From contig CAVPZT010000006.1 in assembly GCA_963710285.1 (NCBI GenBank), forward strand, positions 1,080,838-1,144,837: a DNA stretch of 64,000 bases, in the 5' to 3' direction. Shown here one piece after another: positions 26,074 through 37,383 of this stretch. Numbering within the stretch: position 1 is the stretch's first letter; each line of letters starts with the position of its first letter. Made by a program: the position numbers and the translations under genes. The stretch comes from an uncultured Alphaproteobacteria bacterium. GTDB taxonomy: Bacteria > Pseudomonadota > Alphaproteobacteria > Rhodobacterales > Rhodobacteraceae. Below the pieces are notes generated by a model that was not told the origin of the DNA, searched no databases, and saw nothing but the letters and a program-made list of their open reading frames with translations.

Positions 26074-27624
26074 TCAGGCGGACCCCAGGAGGCGCCTGAC
26101 CTCGGCCACGAGGTTGTCGCGCGGCACCTCGGTCTGGGCGGGCTGGCTCTTCCATTCCTCATGGCTCGCCTCGGCGGCGATCTTGGCGCCGAGGTAGAGG
26201 TCCTTGAGCTGGACGACGCCCTTCGCCGCCTCGTCTCCGCCCTGGATCACGGCCACGGGGGAGTTCCTTTTGTCGGCGTATTTCAACTGGTTACCGAAGT
26301 TTTTCGGATTGCCGAGATAGACCTCGGCGCGGATGCCCGCCTGCCTGAGGTCGGTGGCCATCTTCTGGTAATCCGCCATGCGGTCGCGGTCCATCACGGT
26401 CACGACGACGGGGCCGCGCGTGTCGGCCTGCATCCGGCCCTTGGCGTGTAGCGCGGCCAGCAGGCGGTCGACGCCGATCGAGACGCCGGTGGCAGGGACG
26501 GACTGGCCGGTGAAGCGTTTGACGAGGTCGTCATAGCGCCCGCCGCCCGCGACGGAGCCGAACTGGCGCGGGCGGCCCTTTTCGTCGGTGATTTCGAAGG
26601 TCAGTTCGGCCTCGAAGACCGGGCCGGTATAGTAGCCGAGACCTCGGACGACGGAGGGGTCGATGACGATGCGATCGGGGCCGTAGCCTTGGGCGTCGAG
26701 GAGTTCGGCTATCTGTTCGAGTTCGTCGACACCTTGCGTCCGATTTCTGATGTGCCGACTGCCGCCTTTAAATTATTAAGTGTCTCGGCGTTCGTCCACA
26801 CCTTTGGACGTCAGGAAAGGCGACAACTGGCTGTGCGTGATCATGCGGTTCAGGCCGACGCCTTCAATAGAAAGCACCCGAAGCGTCCAGCCGTCCTTGG
26901 TCAAGAGTTCCCTAACGCCTAACTCCGCCCACTTTGTCAAACTTGTCGCTATCGTGCGCAGAACGTTCGCTTGCCAGTTCTCTTTGCTTTCAATGACCCT
27001 AACCGCTGCTGTCCGAACCAATAGTTCTCGGCCCAAAAGGAAAGCTGGCATCAATAGCGATTTTGCGCGACAAGGTCCAACATCACCGTTCAGAACCTTG
27101 CGGTTATTCACCCGCACCACATAGTCCCCGCGGGGAATGCCGACCTCTTCGAGGGCGTCGGCGAGCATGGCGCAAATCTCGGCGTCCGCTGCGACCGAAG
27201 CAGACCCGACCGTATCTGCATCGCATTGATAGAATTGGCGAAACCGCCCCGGCCCCGGCTTTTCATTGCGCCAGACCGGCCCCATCGCGTAGCGGCGATA
27301 GGGTGAGGCGAGGTCGTTGCGGTATTGCGCCGCCACCCGCGCCAAAGGCGCGGTCAGGTCGTAGCGCAGCGCGAGCCAGTCCATGTCCTCGTCCTGCCAG
27401 GCGAAGACGCCTTCGTTCGGGCGGTCGACGTCGGGCAGGAATTTCCCAAGCGCTTCAACGGTTTCGACGGCCGAGGTCTCCAAGGGGTCGAAGCCGTGGC
27501 GGTGGTAGACGGCGGCGATCTTGTCGAGCATCGCCTTGCGTTCGGTCACCTCCGCGCCGAAATAGTCGCGGAAGCCCTTTGGCGTCTCGGCCCTCGGCCG
27601 TCTCGGTCCCTTGTCCTTGGCCAT
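26074..27624 (-). pseudogene. hisS: histidine--tRNA ligase, reading frame broken repeatedly within 26745-27100
   Basis: HisRS similarity is continuous: [23 protein letters not shown].., motif 2 ([10 protein letters not shown]), ..[23 protein letters not shown].., and the anticodon-binding domain ORF 26074..26433. However, the nominal frame meets TAATAA at 26773-26778, and the insertion-domain segment needs several paired frame switches. Confidence 0.9.
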
Positions 27625-27785
27625 CTGCCGACCCTTTACATGCGTTCGGGCGCGGGTGTAGCGGATGGGGGGGCGGGGAACAAGCGGCGGCGTCGGGGCG
27701 TGTCGGGTCTCCGTCGGATCGGCGTAGTTTATGCGTAGGGCATGCGTAGCTACACGCTGTCGGGACGGAAGAGACGGGAGGGGCG

Positions 27786-27992
27786 ATGAGCGAAAGGCTG
27801 GACAAGGCGGAGGAAGAGATCGCGCATCTGAGGAAAGCGGTCGACGACCTCTCGGACGTCTTGGCCCGTCAGACGCGGGAGATCGAGGTGCTGAACCGCC
27901 GCCTTGGCCTTTTGATGGAACGCGCGGCGGAGACTGAGGCGGAGGCGTCGGGGACCGTGCCGCTGGCCGATCAGAAGCCGCCGCATTGGTGA
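27786..27992 (+). CDS. slyX: SlyX-family protein
   Basis: 68-aa coiled-coil ORF ([42 protein letters not shown]), typical of SlyX. Confidence 0.8.
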   Translation: MSERLDKAEEEIAHLRKAVDDLSDVLARQTREIEVLNRRLGLLMERAAETEAEASGTVPLADQKPPHW

Positions 27993-28083
27993 GGGGCGTG
28001 GCGGGGTGAACCCCGCCCTACGGGTCTTGCCCTTTCGCGTCCGCGCCTGACAGTTTTGCGGCGCCAATTCGCGGAACGACCCC

Positions 28084-29158
28084 ATGCCCCATCTTCTCAA
28101 GCGTCTTTTCGGCAAGCCGCACTGGCCGACCGTCCTTCTGACCTATGTCATCGGCGGCGCGGGCGGGCTGCTGGCGACGGTGTTGCATCTGCCCTTGCCG
28201 ATGCTTCTCGGCTCGCTTCTGGCGGTCGGGGCGGCGGCGCTCTTTGGACCTCAGGCCGATGGGTCATCTGCCGCAGGCGCCGCAGAAGGTGCGGATGATC
28301 TTCATTCCGGTCATCGGCGTCGCCATCGGCGGGGCGGCGCGGCCGGAGATCCTGGAGCAGGCATGGGAGTGGATCCCGTCGCTTCTGATCCTCGCGGTGT
28401 TCATTCCGGTGATACACTACCTTGGCTTCCGGATGCTGACCGCGACCGGGCGGACCGACCGGCTGACGGCGTTCTACGGCACCGCGCCGGGCGGGCTGGT
28501 CGAGACGGTGCAGATGGGCGAGGAGGCGGGGGCGGATATCCAGATGCTCGCCATGCTGCAATTCCTGCGGCTGATCCTGACCATCGTCGTCGTGCCCTTT
28601 GCGTTCACGATGATGGAGGGGCATGCGGTCGGCTCGGCGGGGGGTGCCAGCGTGCCGGGGCATGGGTTCGGGCCGGTCGATGTGGCGATCCTTCTGGTCT
28701 GCGCGGTGGTGGGGGCGCTGATCGGGGTGAAGCTGAAACTGCCGGCGGGGCATGTGCTGGGGCCGATCATCCTGTCGGGCGCGGCCCATGTGACGGGGCT
28801 GACGCAATCGGTGCCGCCCTCATGGCTGGTGGCGGTGACGCAGGTGGTGATCGGCACCTCGCTCGGCGTGCGGTTCGCGGGGATGCCGAAGCGGCGGATT
28901 CTGGATGCGTTCGGCCTTGCGCTGATGAACGGGACGCTGACCATCGGCGGGGCGGCGGCTTTGTCCTACCTGATCGCCGATCTGGTCGACAAGCCCGCGC
29001 GGGCGGTGTTCCTGTCCTTCGCGCCGGGGGGGCTGGTCGAGATGGGGCTGATCGCGCTCAGCCTCAACATGTCGATCCTTTATGTCACCGCGCATCATCT
29101 TCTGCGGATCATCCTGGCGGTGAGTTTCGCGCGGGCGTTCGGGCGGCGGATCGGTTAA
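28084..29158 (+). pseudogene. AbrB-duplication (AmoA-like) membrane protein, one frameshift near 28255
   Basis: The N-terminus in the 28084 frame (..VIGGAGGLLATVLHLPLPMLLGSLLAV..) continues in ORF 28145..29158 (..FYGTAPGGLVETV.. / ..SFAPGGLVEM.. internal duplication). Confidence 0.75.
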
Positions 29159-29399
29159 GCGCAGGTCGCCACGCAGCATTGGCTGGAATATGCCGAAACC
29201 GGCGCCTTCGCCGCCTTGCGGGTTCAAAGCAAGGGAATGCTCCCTATGTCGAACCTGAAAGGAGAAAGCCCATCGAACCCGGTGTCCTCGTGATCTTCGC
29301 GATCAGCTTCGTGATCATCGGCTATCTCGCCTGGCGCTCGTTCCACTGAGGCGCGGTCCGGCTCGTGGGCTTTAGGACCACGGAAAGGAGAGTCCGACC

Positions 29400-29846
29400 A
29401 TGATGACCGTTCTGAGAATCCTCACCCTCGGACTGACCGCGCTCCTGCTGATCCCAAGCGGGGCGCATCTGTTCGAACTGCCCGGCAAGATCGACCTTGG
29501 CCGCGACGCCTATTTTACCGTTCAGGGCATCTATGCCGGCTGGTCGCTGTTCGGCGTGGCGATCTTCGCCGCCATCGGCGCGAATGTGCTTCTCTTCCTG
29601 CTTGAACGCCGGCGCCATCCGGCGACCGCGCATTGGGCCCTGATCGCGGCCGCGCTGATCACCGTCAGCCTTGGGATCTTCTTCGCATGGGTCTTTCCCG
29701 GCAATCAGGCCACGGCGAACTGGACGGTCCAACCCGACAACTGGGAACACCTCCGCCGCAACTGGGAATATGGCCATGCCGCCAATGCAGTCATCGTCGG
29801 TCTTGCCCTGATCGCTTGCGCGCTGGCGGTGGTGAAGCGGACGTGA
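29400..29846 (+). CDS. DUF1772-like small membrane protein
   Basis: Intact 148-aa ORF with four hydrophobic helices and AGGAG upstream. The family call is from memory of the pattern only. Confidence 0.5.
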   Translation: MMTVLRILTLGLTALLLIPSGAHLFELPGKIDLGRDAYFTVQGIYAGWSLFGVAIFAAIGANVLLFLLERRRHPATAHWALIAAALITVSLGIFFAWVFPGNQATANWTVQPDNWEHLRRNWEYGHAANAVIVGLALIACALAVVKRT

Positions 29847-29864
29847 GGGGTTTTCGGTGACGGC

Positions 29865-32800
29865 TCAGACCTCCTCGACCAGCACCACCCCCGCCATCGC
29901 CTTGATCGCGCCCTTGATCTGGGGGTTCACCGGGTAATCGCGGCCGGTCGAGATCTCGACCTCTTCCCCCGTCTCGCGGTCGGCGATGCAGAAGAGGATC
30001 GGGCCACGGGTGCGGATCTTCGCCTCCTCCGCGATACGCTGGAGAAGGGCGGCGACGGAGGCGATGGCCTGATCGCTGTCGATATGAATGCGAAGGCCGG
30101 CGCCGCCGGCATCGGCGACGACTCCCTCCATCGGCGAGACGGAGCGCGCGACGGGGTCGAACTGGCCTTCGTTGAAGCGCGCCTCAAGCGTCATCACCAC
30201 CTGATGGGTCTGATCGAAGACGCGGCGGCAGGCGTCGAAATCATCGGCGAAGAGCGCGATGCCCGCGACCTGACCGGTGGGATCGGAGATGTTCATGCGG
30301 AAGAAGCGGTTGCCGCGCGCGGATTTGCGTTCCTGAAGGCCCGAGACGAGGACGCCGACACGCGCCACCGCCGCGCCGTCGCGTTCGGCCTTCACCTGCA
30401 ACTCGGCGAGCGTCATCAGCCCCTTGCGCTTCAGCGCGGGGGCATAGTCGTCAAGTGGGTGGCCGGAGAGGTAGAAGCCGATCGCCTGATGTTCCTGCGC
30501 CAGCCGGTCGGCGGGCATCCAGTCGTCGCAATTGGGCAGGCGCGGTTCCGGCAGGTCGTCGCCCGCCTCGCCGAAGAGCGACACTTGGGCAGAGGCGCGG
30601 CCTTCGTGAATCGCGGCGGAATAGGCGGAAAGCGCGTCCAGCGCGCCGAAGACGCGCGCGCGGTTGGGGTCGAGCTGATCGAAGCCGCCGGCCCGCGCCA
30701 GCATCTCCAGCGGCCGCTTGCCGATGCGCTTGAGGTCGACGCGGCGGGCGAAGTCGAAAAGCGTGGCGAAGGGTTTTTGCGCCCTTGCCTCGACGATCAT
30801 CTTCATCGCCTCGACGCCGACGTTCTTGAGTGCGCCCAGCGCATAGACCACCTGCCCGTCGCTGACCGAGAAGGTCGCCTGGGAGCGGTTCACGCAAGGC
30901 GGCACGATGGTGATGTCGAGACCCCGGCGCACCTCTTCGGCATAGATCGAAAGCTTGTCGGTCAGGTGGATGTCGCAGTTCATCACCCCGGCCATGAACT
31001 CGACCGGGTGGTTCGCCTTCAGCCAGGCGGTCTGGTAGCTGACCACGGCATAGGCGGCGGCGTGGGATTTGTTGAAGCCGTAATTGGCGAACTTTTCGAG
31101 GAGGTCGAAGACCTCGCCCGCCTTCTTCCTGTCGACGCCGTTGCCGGTGGCGCCTTCGATGAATTTCGGGCGTTCCTTGGCCATTTCCTCGGCGATCTTC
31201 TTGCCCATCGCGCGGCGGAGAAGGTCCGCGCCGCCGAGCGTGTAGCCGGCCATGACCTGCGCGATCTCCATCACCTGTTCCTGATAGACGATGATGCCCT
31301 GCGTCTCGGCGAGGATATGGTCGATGGAGGGGTGGATCGATTCGAGATCCTTCAGCCCGTTCTTGACCTCGCAATAGGTCGGAATGTTCTCCATCGGGCC
31401 GGGGCGGTAGAGGGCCACGAGGGCGACGATATCCTCGATGCAGGTCGGCTTCATGCGCCGGAGCGCATCCATCATGCCCGAGCTTTCCACCTGGAAGACG
31501 GCGACTGTCTTCGCGGCGGCGTAGAGCTTGTAGGTGGGTTCGTCGTCGAGCGGAATGAGGCCGATATCGACCTCGACGCCGCGCAGCTTGAGCAGATCGA
31601 GCGCGTTCTGGATGACGGTGAGGGTTTTCAGCCCGAGGAAGTCGAACTTCACGAGGCCCGCCGCTTCGACCCACTTCATGTTGAACTGGGTCGCCGGCAT
31701 GTCGGAGCGCGGGTCCTGATAGAGCGGCACCAGCTCGTCCAGGGGCCGGTCGCCGATCACGACGCCGGCGGCGTGGGTTGAGGCGTTGCTGAGCAGCCCT
31801 TCGACCTGTTGGCCGTAGTCGAGAAGGCGCTGCACCACCTCCTCGGCCTTCGCGGCTTCGCGCAGGCGCGGTTCGTCGGCGAGCGCCTTTTCGATGGAGA
31901 CGGGCTTGACGCCCTCGACCGGGATCAGCTTCGACAGCCGGTCCACCTGGCCGTAGGGCATCTGGAGGACGCGACCGACGTCGCGGACGGCGGCCTTCGA
32001 CAGCAGTGCGCCGAAGGTGATGATCTGGCCGACCTTCTCGCGCCCGTAACGTTCCTGCACGTAGCGGATGACCTCTTCGCGGCGGTCCATGCAGAAGTCG
32101 ATGTCGAAGTCGGGCATCGACACCCGTTCGGGGTTGAGGAAGCGTTCGAAGAGGAGCGAATAGCGCAGGGGATCGAGGTCGGTGATCGTCAGCGCATAGG
32201 CGACGAGCGAGCCGGCGCCCGAGCCACGGCCGGGCCCGACCGGAATGTGGTGATCCTTGGCCCATTTGATGAAGTCGGCGACGATCAGGAAGTAGCCGGG
32301 AAAGCCCATCTGCTCGATGATGCCCAGTTCGAAGTCGAGCCGCTTTTCGTAGTCTTCGACCGGCACGGCATGCGGGAATGACGGCGAGACGCGCCTTCAG
32401 CCCCTCGGTCGCCTGACGGCGCAGTTCCTGCACCTCGTCATCGGCGAATTTCGGCAGGATCGGCGCGCGCTTCTGCGCCGCGAAGGCGCAGCGCTGGGCG
32501 ATCTCGACGGTGTTTTCCAGCGCCTCTGGCAGGTCGGCGAACAGCGCCGCCATCTCGTCGGGCGATTTCAGGTAGTGCTGCGGCGTCAGGCGGCGGCGCG
32601 GTTCCTGCTGGTCGACATAGGCGCCCTCGGCGATGCAGATGAGGGCATCATGCGCCTCGTACATGTCGGGCTTGGGGAAATAGACATCGTTGGTGGCGAC
32701 CAGCGGCAGGTTCATCGCATAGGCCATCTCGACATGGCCGCGTTCGGTCGCCTGTTCCGCCTCGGTATACTGACCGCCCTCGCCGGGATGGCGCTGCAAC

Positions 32801-33321
32801 TCGACATAGAGCCGGTCGGGAAAGGTCGTGGCAAGCCGCAGCATCAGCGCCTCGGCCTTCGCGATCTGCCCGGCCTGCAAGAGCCGCCCGATGGGGCCGT
32901 CCGCGCCGCCGGTGAGGCAGATGAGGCCGTCGGAATGCGCCTCGAGCTCCTCGGGCGTGACATGAGGCAAAGCCCCGTCGCCGCGCATGTAGAGGCAGGA
33001 GTTGAGCTTCATCAGATGCGCATAGCCCGCCTCGTTCTGCGCGAGAAGAACGACGGGCGCGGGCGGGCGGGCGCGGTCGCCGGGTTGCACGGGGTCGTAA
33101 TCGACCGCGACCTGGCAGCCGACAATCGGCTGCACCCCCGCGCCTGTCGCCAGAACCGAGAATTCCAGCGCGGCGAACATGTTGTTGGTGTCGGTGACGG
33201 CGATGGCGGGCATCGCCATCTTGTCGCAAAGCCCGACAAGCTTCTTCACCGGCACCGCCCCTTCGAGAAGCGAGTACTCGGTGTGAACGCGAAGATGGAT
33301 GAATCGGGGAGCGCGGGCCAT
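29865..33321 (-). pseudogene. dnaE: DNA polymerase III alpha subunit, single frameshift near 32374
   Basis: The PHP N-terminus (MARAPRFIHLRVHTEYSLLEGA.., frame of ORF 30451..33321) joins ORF 29865..32366 (..VPVEDYEKRLDFELGII..GRGSGAGSLVAYAL..). Removing one C from the CCC run (GGG at 32374-32376 on the plus strand) restores ..LAVIPHAVPVEDYEK... Confidence 0.92.
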
Positions 33322-33376
33322 GCAACAGGCCTAGCGCAGTGCGGGCGGCTGGGGAAGCCGCCCGCGACCGGTTTTG

Positions 33377-33916
33377 TCAGATCGCCGCCGGACGACGGCG
33401 CACGAGGAAGGCGAGCGCCGCAAAGCACAGGAGCGCGCCGATACTGGCAAGGACGGCGAGGTCGTTCCATCCGGGCTTCATCACCATGAGCGCGATGATC
33501 GCCATCATGGTCGCGCATTCGAAGCGTGCCTGGCGCAGAAGGCGGCGCGCCTCGGAAAGGGCGTGGGCCTCGCGACCGACCTCCATCAGGTAGACGACGC
33601 GATCAGCGGCGGTCTTCATGATATTGGTGCAGAGACCGAAGGCCATGCCGAGGAGGGCGATCGCAAGGATGGACCAGGCCGACCAGGCCATTGCGCCGAT
33701 GCTGAAGAGCCCTACGCCTGACACCAGCGTCAGAATCGCTGCCGGCATGAAGACGGCATGGCCGTGGGCTCCGAGCAGACGCATGAAGGACAAGAGCGAC
33801 CGCCAGTCGCGCCGGCTTTCCAGGATTGTCCCGAAGATCGAGAAACAGAGTCCGCCGCCCACCCACGCGACAGCCGCCATCACATGTACAAATTTGAGAG
33901 CGAGGTAGATTTGCAT
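33377..33916 (-). CDS. DUF2269-like integral membrane protein
   Basis: Intact 179-aa ORF with the N-terminus MQIYLALKFVHVMAAVAWVGGG, typical of this family. Confidence 0.55.
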   Translation of the reverse strand: MQIYLALKFVHVMAAVAWVGGGLCFSIFGTILESRRDWRSLLSFMRLLGAHGHAVFMPAAILTLVSGVGLFSIGAMAWSAWSILAIALLGMAFGLCTNIMKTAADRVVYLMEVGREAHALSEARRLLRQARFECATMMAIIALMVMKPGWNDLAVLASIGALLCFAALAFLVRRRPAAI

Positions 33917-34072
33917 TATTCACTTCCGAAATTGTTCGTGCAGAAACGTTAATGGCGAGCTTCTACATCTGCATTTCGGCGGACGGGAGGCAGGTTTTCC
34001 TGACCTTCCGATCAGGAAATCGCGATCGTGACGTGACGTAGCGTCCTTGCCACTTGGGTCCGCACGATATAC

Positions 34073-34088
34073 TTAGTCATATGACTAA
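34073..34088. promoter_or_regulatory. perfect 16-bp palindrome TTAGTCATATGACTAA spanning the arsR-family start codon (candidate autoregulatory operator)
   Basis: Read directly from the sequence. The ATG at 34081-34083 sits at the dyad centre. Confidence 0.45.
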
Positions 34089-34452
34089 CCATTATGACCA
34101 ACTCGCCCCGCTCTTCCACGCCCTCGCCGATCCGACGCGCGGCGCGGTCGCCGCGCGGCTTGCCGATGGACCTGCCTCGGTCAGCGAACTGGCCCGACCC
34201 TTCGACATGGCGCTACCGACCTTCCTCCAGCACCTGAAGGTATTGGAGGCGGGCGGCGTCATCGTGACGGAAAAGACCGGGCGGACGCGGCTCTGCCGGA
34301 TCAACCCGGCGGCCTTCGGCGCGGCCGAGGACTGGCTTTCCGCCCAGCGCCGGAAATGGGAGGCGCAGACCGATCGTTTGCAGGAGTTTCTCGAAGCGGG
34401 CCACGATCTGGACGACCGGCCCCACCCAACCAAGGAGATGCGCGATGAATGA
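34081..34452 (+). CDS. ArsR/SmtB-family transcriptional regulator
   Basis: LFHALADPTRGAVAARLADGPASVSELARPFDMALPTFLQHLKVLEAGGVI is a classic ArsR winged helix. The gene overlaps the next ORF by 8 nt. Confidence 0.85.
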   Translation: MTNHYDQLAPLFHALADPTRGAVAARLADGPASVSELARPFDMALPTFLQHLKVLEAGGVIVTEKTGRTRLCRINPAAFGAAEDWLSAQRRKWEAQTDRLQEFLEAGHDLDDRPHPTKEMRDE

Positions 34453-34906
34453 CCTTGACCTGATCCTGACCCGCCGCATGGCGGTCGCCCCCGAACGCGT
34501 CTGGCGCGCCTGGACGGAACCGGACCTGCTGAAGCAGTGGTTCACGCCGAAGCCGGTGGTGACGAAGGAGGCGGTGATTGAGTTGAAGCCCGGCGGGCGG
34601 TTCTACGCGCTGATGGTGATGCCGGACGGCACCGAATATCCCAACGAAGGCTGCGTATTGCTGGTTGAGCCGAAGCGGCGCCTGATCTTCACAGAATGCC
34701 TGCATCAGGGCTTTCGCCCGGCCGCGACCATGATGCTGCCGATGACCGCGGAAGTGCTGATCGAACCGGATGGTGACGGCACGCTCTATACCGCGCGCGC
34801 CTATCACGGCAGCGTTGAGACACGGAAGCAGCATGAGGAGATGGGCTTCCATGACGGCTGGGGAACCGCGGCGACGCAGTTGGAGGAACTGGCGAAGATA
34901 CTCTGA
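34445..34906 (+). CDS. SRPBCC-domain protein (Aha1/AHSA1-like)
   Basis: R.MAVAPERVWRAWTEPDLLKQWF and the usual pairing with an ArsR regulator. Confidence 0.8.
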   Translation: MNDLDLILTRRMAVAPERVWRAWTEPDLLKQWFTPKPVVTKEAVIELKPGGRFYALMVMPDGTEYPNEGCVLLVEPKRRLIFTECLHQGFRPAATMMLPMTAEVLIEPDGDGTLYTARAYHGSVETRKQHEEMGFHDGWGTAATQLEELAKIL

Positions 34907-34918
34907 TCAGGGGTCGGG

Positions 34919-35739
34919 TCACGGGGCGAGGTGATAATCGGTGATCTTGCAGCGGAAATAGGCCTCATAGCCCTCGGGATAGACGTAGCCCACCTCCGCC
35001 GCGCCCGGAATGCGACGGGGGCCGATCTGGCGGTAGTCGCGGAAATAGCCGCGCCAGTCGCGCAGGACCTCCTTGCCCGAGGCGTCGCGCGCCGGGCGGC
35101 CCTTGGCCTCGATCTCCACGATGTCGCCCTGAGCGTCGAAGCGGAAGCTGACCCGCGCGGCCCCGGCGGGTGTCGCCAGACGCACCTCGGCGATATTGCG
35201 CGCGAGGATGCGCCATTCCAGATCGGGATTGCCGAGGATCGCATCCGGCGCCCACGGCAATTCGGCGAGATAGCGGTAGGCCTCGCCCAGAGTCATCGAC
35301 GCGCCCGAGGCGCGGGCGACCGGGATGGAACCGAACAGCCGCGCCTCAAGCCGCCCCTCGCGCTGGACATACGCATCGACGATGCGGAGCTTGGGAAAGG
35401 GGCCGGCGTCCTGTCGGGCGAGCCAGACAAATCCCGGCGCGCCAAGGGCGATGGCCTGCCAGCCGCCAAAGCGCCCGAACTTGCCGCCCTGCGTGCGTGC
35501 GCAGGTCGCCCTCCTGCGTCAGCGTCGCGAGGCGCAGCTTTGTCCCGGCGGCGGCCCCGGCGCGGATCGCGAATTCGAGGACCGGCTGTGGCAGGCCCAC
35601 GACAGGCCGCACTGGGCGGCATCTCGTGCAGTTTGGCGACGAGGCGCACGTTGCGCGAACGGAAGACGCCCGAAACCGCGACCTGCACTGCGAGGCAGGC
35701 GATCAGGACGAGAAACACAATTGCAACGGCCATCTGCAT
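34919..35739 (-). pseudogene. membrane-anchored hypothetical protein, at least 3 frameshifts
   Basis: The N-terminal TM segment MQMAVAIVFLVLIACLAVQV is the tail of the 35293..36954 frame. The middle lies in the frame of ORF 35346..35612, and the C-terminus is ORF 34919..35296. Confidence 0.5.
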
Positions 35740-36010
35740 CGGAAAGGTCTGCCTGACGAGGGTTCCATCCCCCTTTGGCACGATATTACGCGACCCGCAG
35801 CTTAATACCAGCGCAGGTTGCATAACCTCTGGGCGGAAGTTGATTGTCGCTGAAAGAACGAAACACCTTTCGTGGAAGCAAGAAAGGTAAGTCTTGCCTT
35901 GTCCGAGGCTTCGGCGCTTCATGGGCTGGGAAGACGGCGCGTGGTCCCGCTTTACGCCGCATCGGGCGGGCACGCAATGCCGGGCGCAGAGAAGGCGGCA
36001 GGTTCGGTCG

Positions 36011-37383
36011 ATGACCACAATCGCGTTTCTGTTGAACGGAACGCCGGTCCGCATGTCGGGCGAGGCGCCGACGCGGACGCTTCTTGACTGGCTGCGCGAG
36101 GATCGCGGCCTGACCGGCACCAAGGAGGGCTGCAACGAGGGCGATTGCGGGGCCTGCACGGTGATGGTGACCGATGCGGGACGGCAGCCGCGCGCTGAAC
36201 GCCTGCATCCTGTTCCTGCCGCAGCTTGCACGGCAAGGCGGTGCGGACGGTCGAGGGGCTGACCGGTCCCGAGGGCGAGATGCATCCGGTGCAGACGGCG
36301 ATGGTCGAGAAGCATGGCAGCCAGTGCGGCTTCTGCACGCCGGGCTTCGTCATGTCGATGGCGGTGGCGCAGAAGAACGGCGCGGTCGATCACGACGACT
36401 ATCTGGCGGGGAATCTCTGCCGCTGCACCGGCTATGCGCCGATCATCCGGGCGGCGGAGGCGGTGGCGCGGGACCGCTGCGCCGGATTGGGTGGACGACG
36501 ATCCGGGGACGCTGGCGACGATCGCGGACCCTACGCGCCCGACATCGTCGGATGAACTGGCGGCGTGGTATGTGGCGCACCCGGATGCGGTGCTGATCGC
36601 CGGGGCGACGGATGTCGGGCTTTGGGTGACCAAGCAGCTGCGCGACCTGCCGGAGGTGGCGTTCCTGCATGCCTGCACGGATTTGCAGCGGATCGAGACC
36701 TGCGAAGGATGGTATGCGCATCGGCGCCGGCGTGACGATTGCGGCGCTGCGCGAGGCAGTGGCGACGCCGCATCCGGCCTTCGCCGAACTGCTGCGCCGC
36801 TTCGCCTCGGAACAGGTGCGGGGGGCGGCGACCATCGGCGGCAACATCGCCAATGGCTCGCCCATCGGCGACGCGCCGCCGGCGCTGATCGCGATGGGGG
36901 CGGTCCTGCATCTGCGGAAGGGCGATGCGCGGCGGGACATGCCGCTGGAGGCATTCTTCCTCGAGTACGGCAAGCAGGACCGCGCGAAGGGGGAGTTCGT
37001 CGAGGCCGTGACGATCCCCGCCAAGGTGCCCGGCCTGGCCTGCTACAAACTGTCGAAAAGGTTCGATCAGGACATTTCCGCGGTCTGCGGATGCTTCAAT
37101 CTGGGGTTGAGCGATTCGAAAATCGAAAGCGCAAGGATTGCTTCGGCGGCATGGCGGGCATTCCGAAACGCGCCTCGGCGGTCGAGGCGGCGCTGGTGGG
37201 CAAGGAGTGGAGCCTCGCGACGGTCGACGCCGCCCTGCCCGCCTTCGCGCGGGATTTCACGCCGATGACGGATATGCGCGCCTCAGCCGCCTATCGTCTG
37301 GAGGCGGCGCAAAACATGCTGCTGCGCTATTTCCATGAGCGGGAAGGCAGCAACGGTTTCGGTGCTGGAGGTATCGCGCATGA
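36011..37383 (+). pseudogene. xdhA: xanthine dehydrogenase small (2Fe-2S/FAD) subunit, at least 5 frame switches
   Basis: Motifs present: MTTIAFLLNG.., [46 protein letters not shown]. The fragments lie in ORFs 35894.., 36174.., 36226.., 36314.. and 36669... Its stop overlaps the xdhB ATG. Confidence 0.88.

Noticed and set aside
26773-26778. Tandem TAATAA in the hisS frame. I considered a genuine truncation, or the boundary of an intein, intron or small inserted element.
   Set aside because: The total gene length (516 codons) is normal for alphaproteobacterial HisRS. The alternative frame reads straight through the TAATAA as ..[19 protein letters not shown].., which matches HisRS. The flanks show no inverted repeats or splice-like features, so it is one of several paired frame switches.
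29226-29349. Small hydrophobic peptide ORF (..IEPGVLVIFAISFVIIGYLAWRSFH) preceded by AAAGGAG, upstream of the DUF1772-like gene.
   Set aside because: The codon at proper spacing from the SD is ATC, not a start codon. The only in-frame GTG lacks an SD, and the alternative ATG (29246) ends after 15 codons. With the window's indel load this is too weak to call.
35293-36954. 553-aa minus-strand ORF spanning the xdhA region.
   Set aside because: Most of it is antisense to xdhA and has off-frame composition. Only its last segment (the MQMAVAIVFLVL.. start at 35739) belongs to a real, frame-broken membrane-protein gene.
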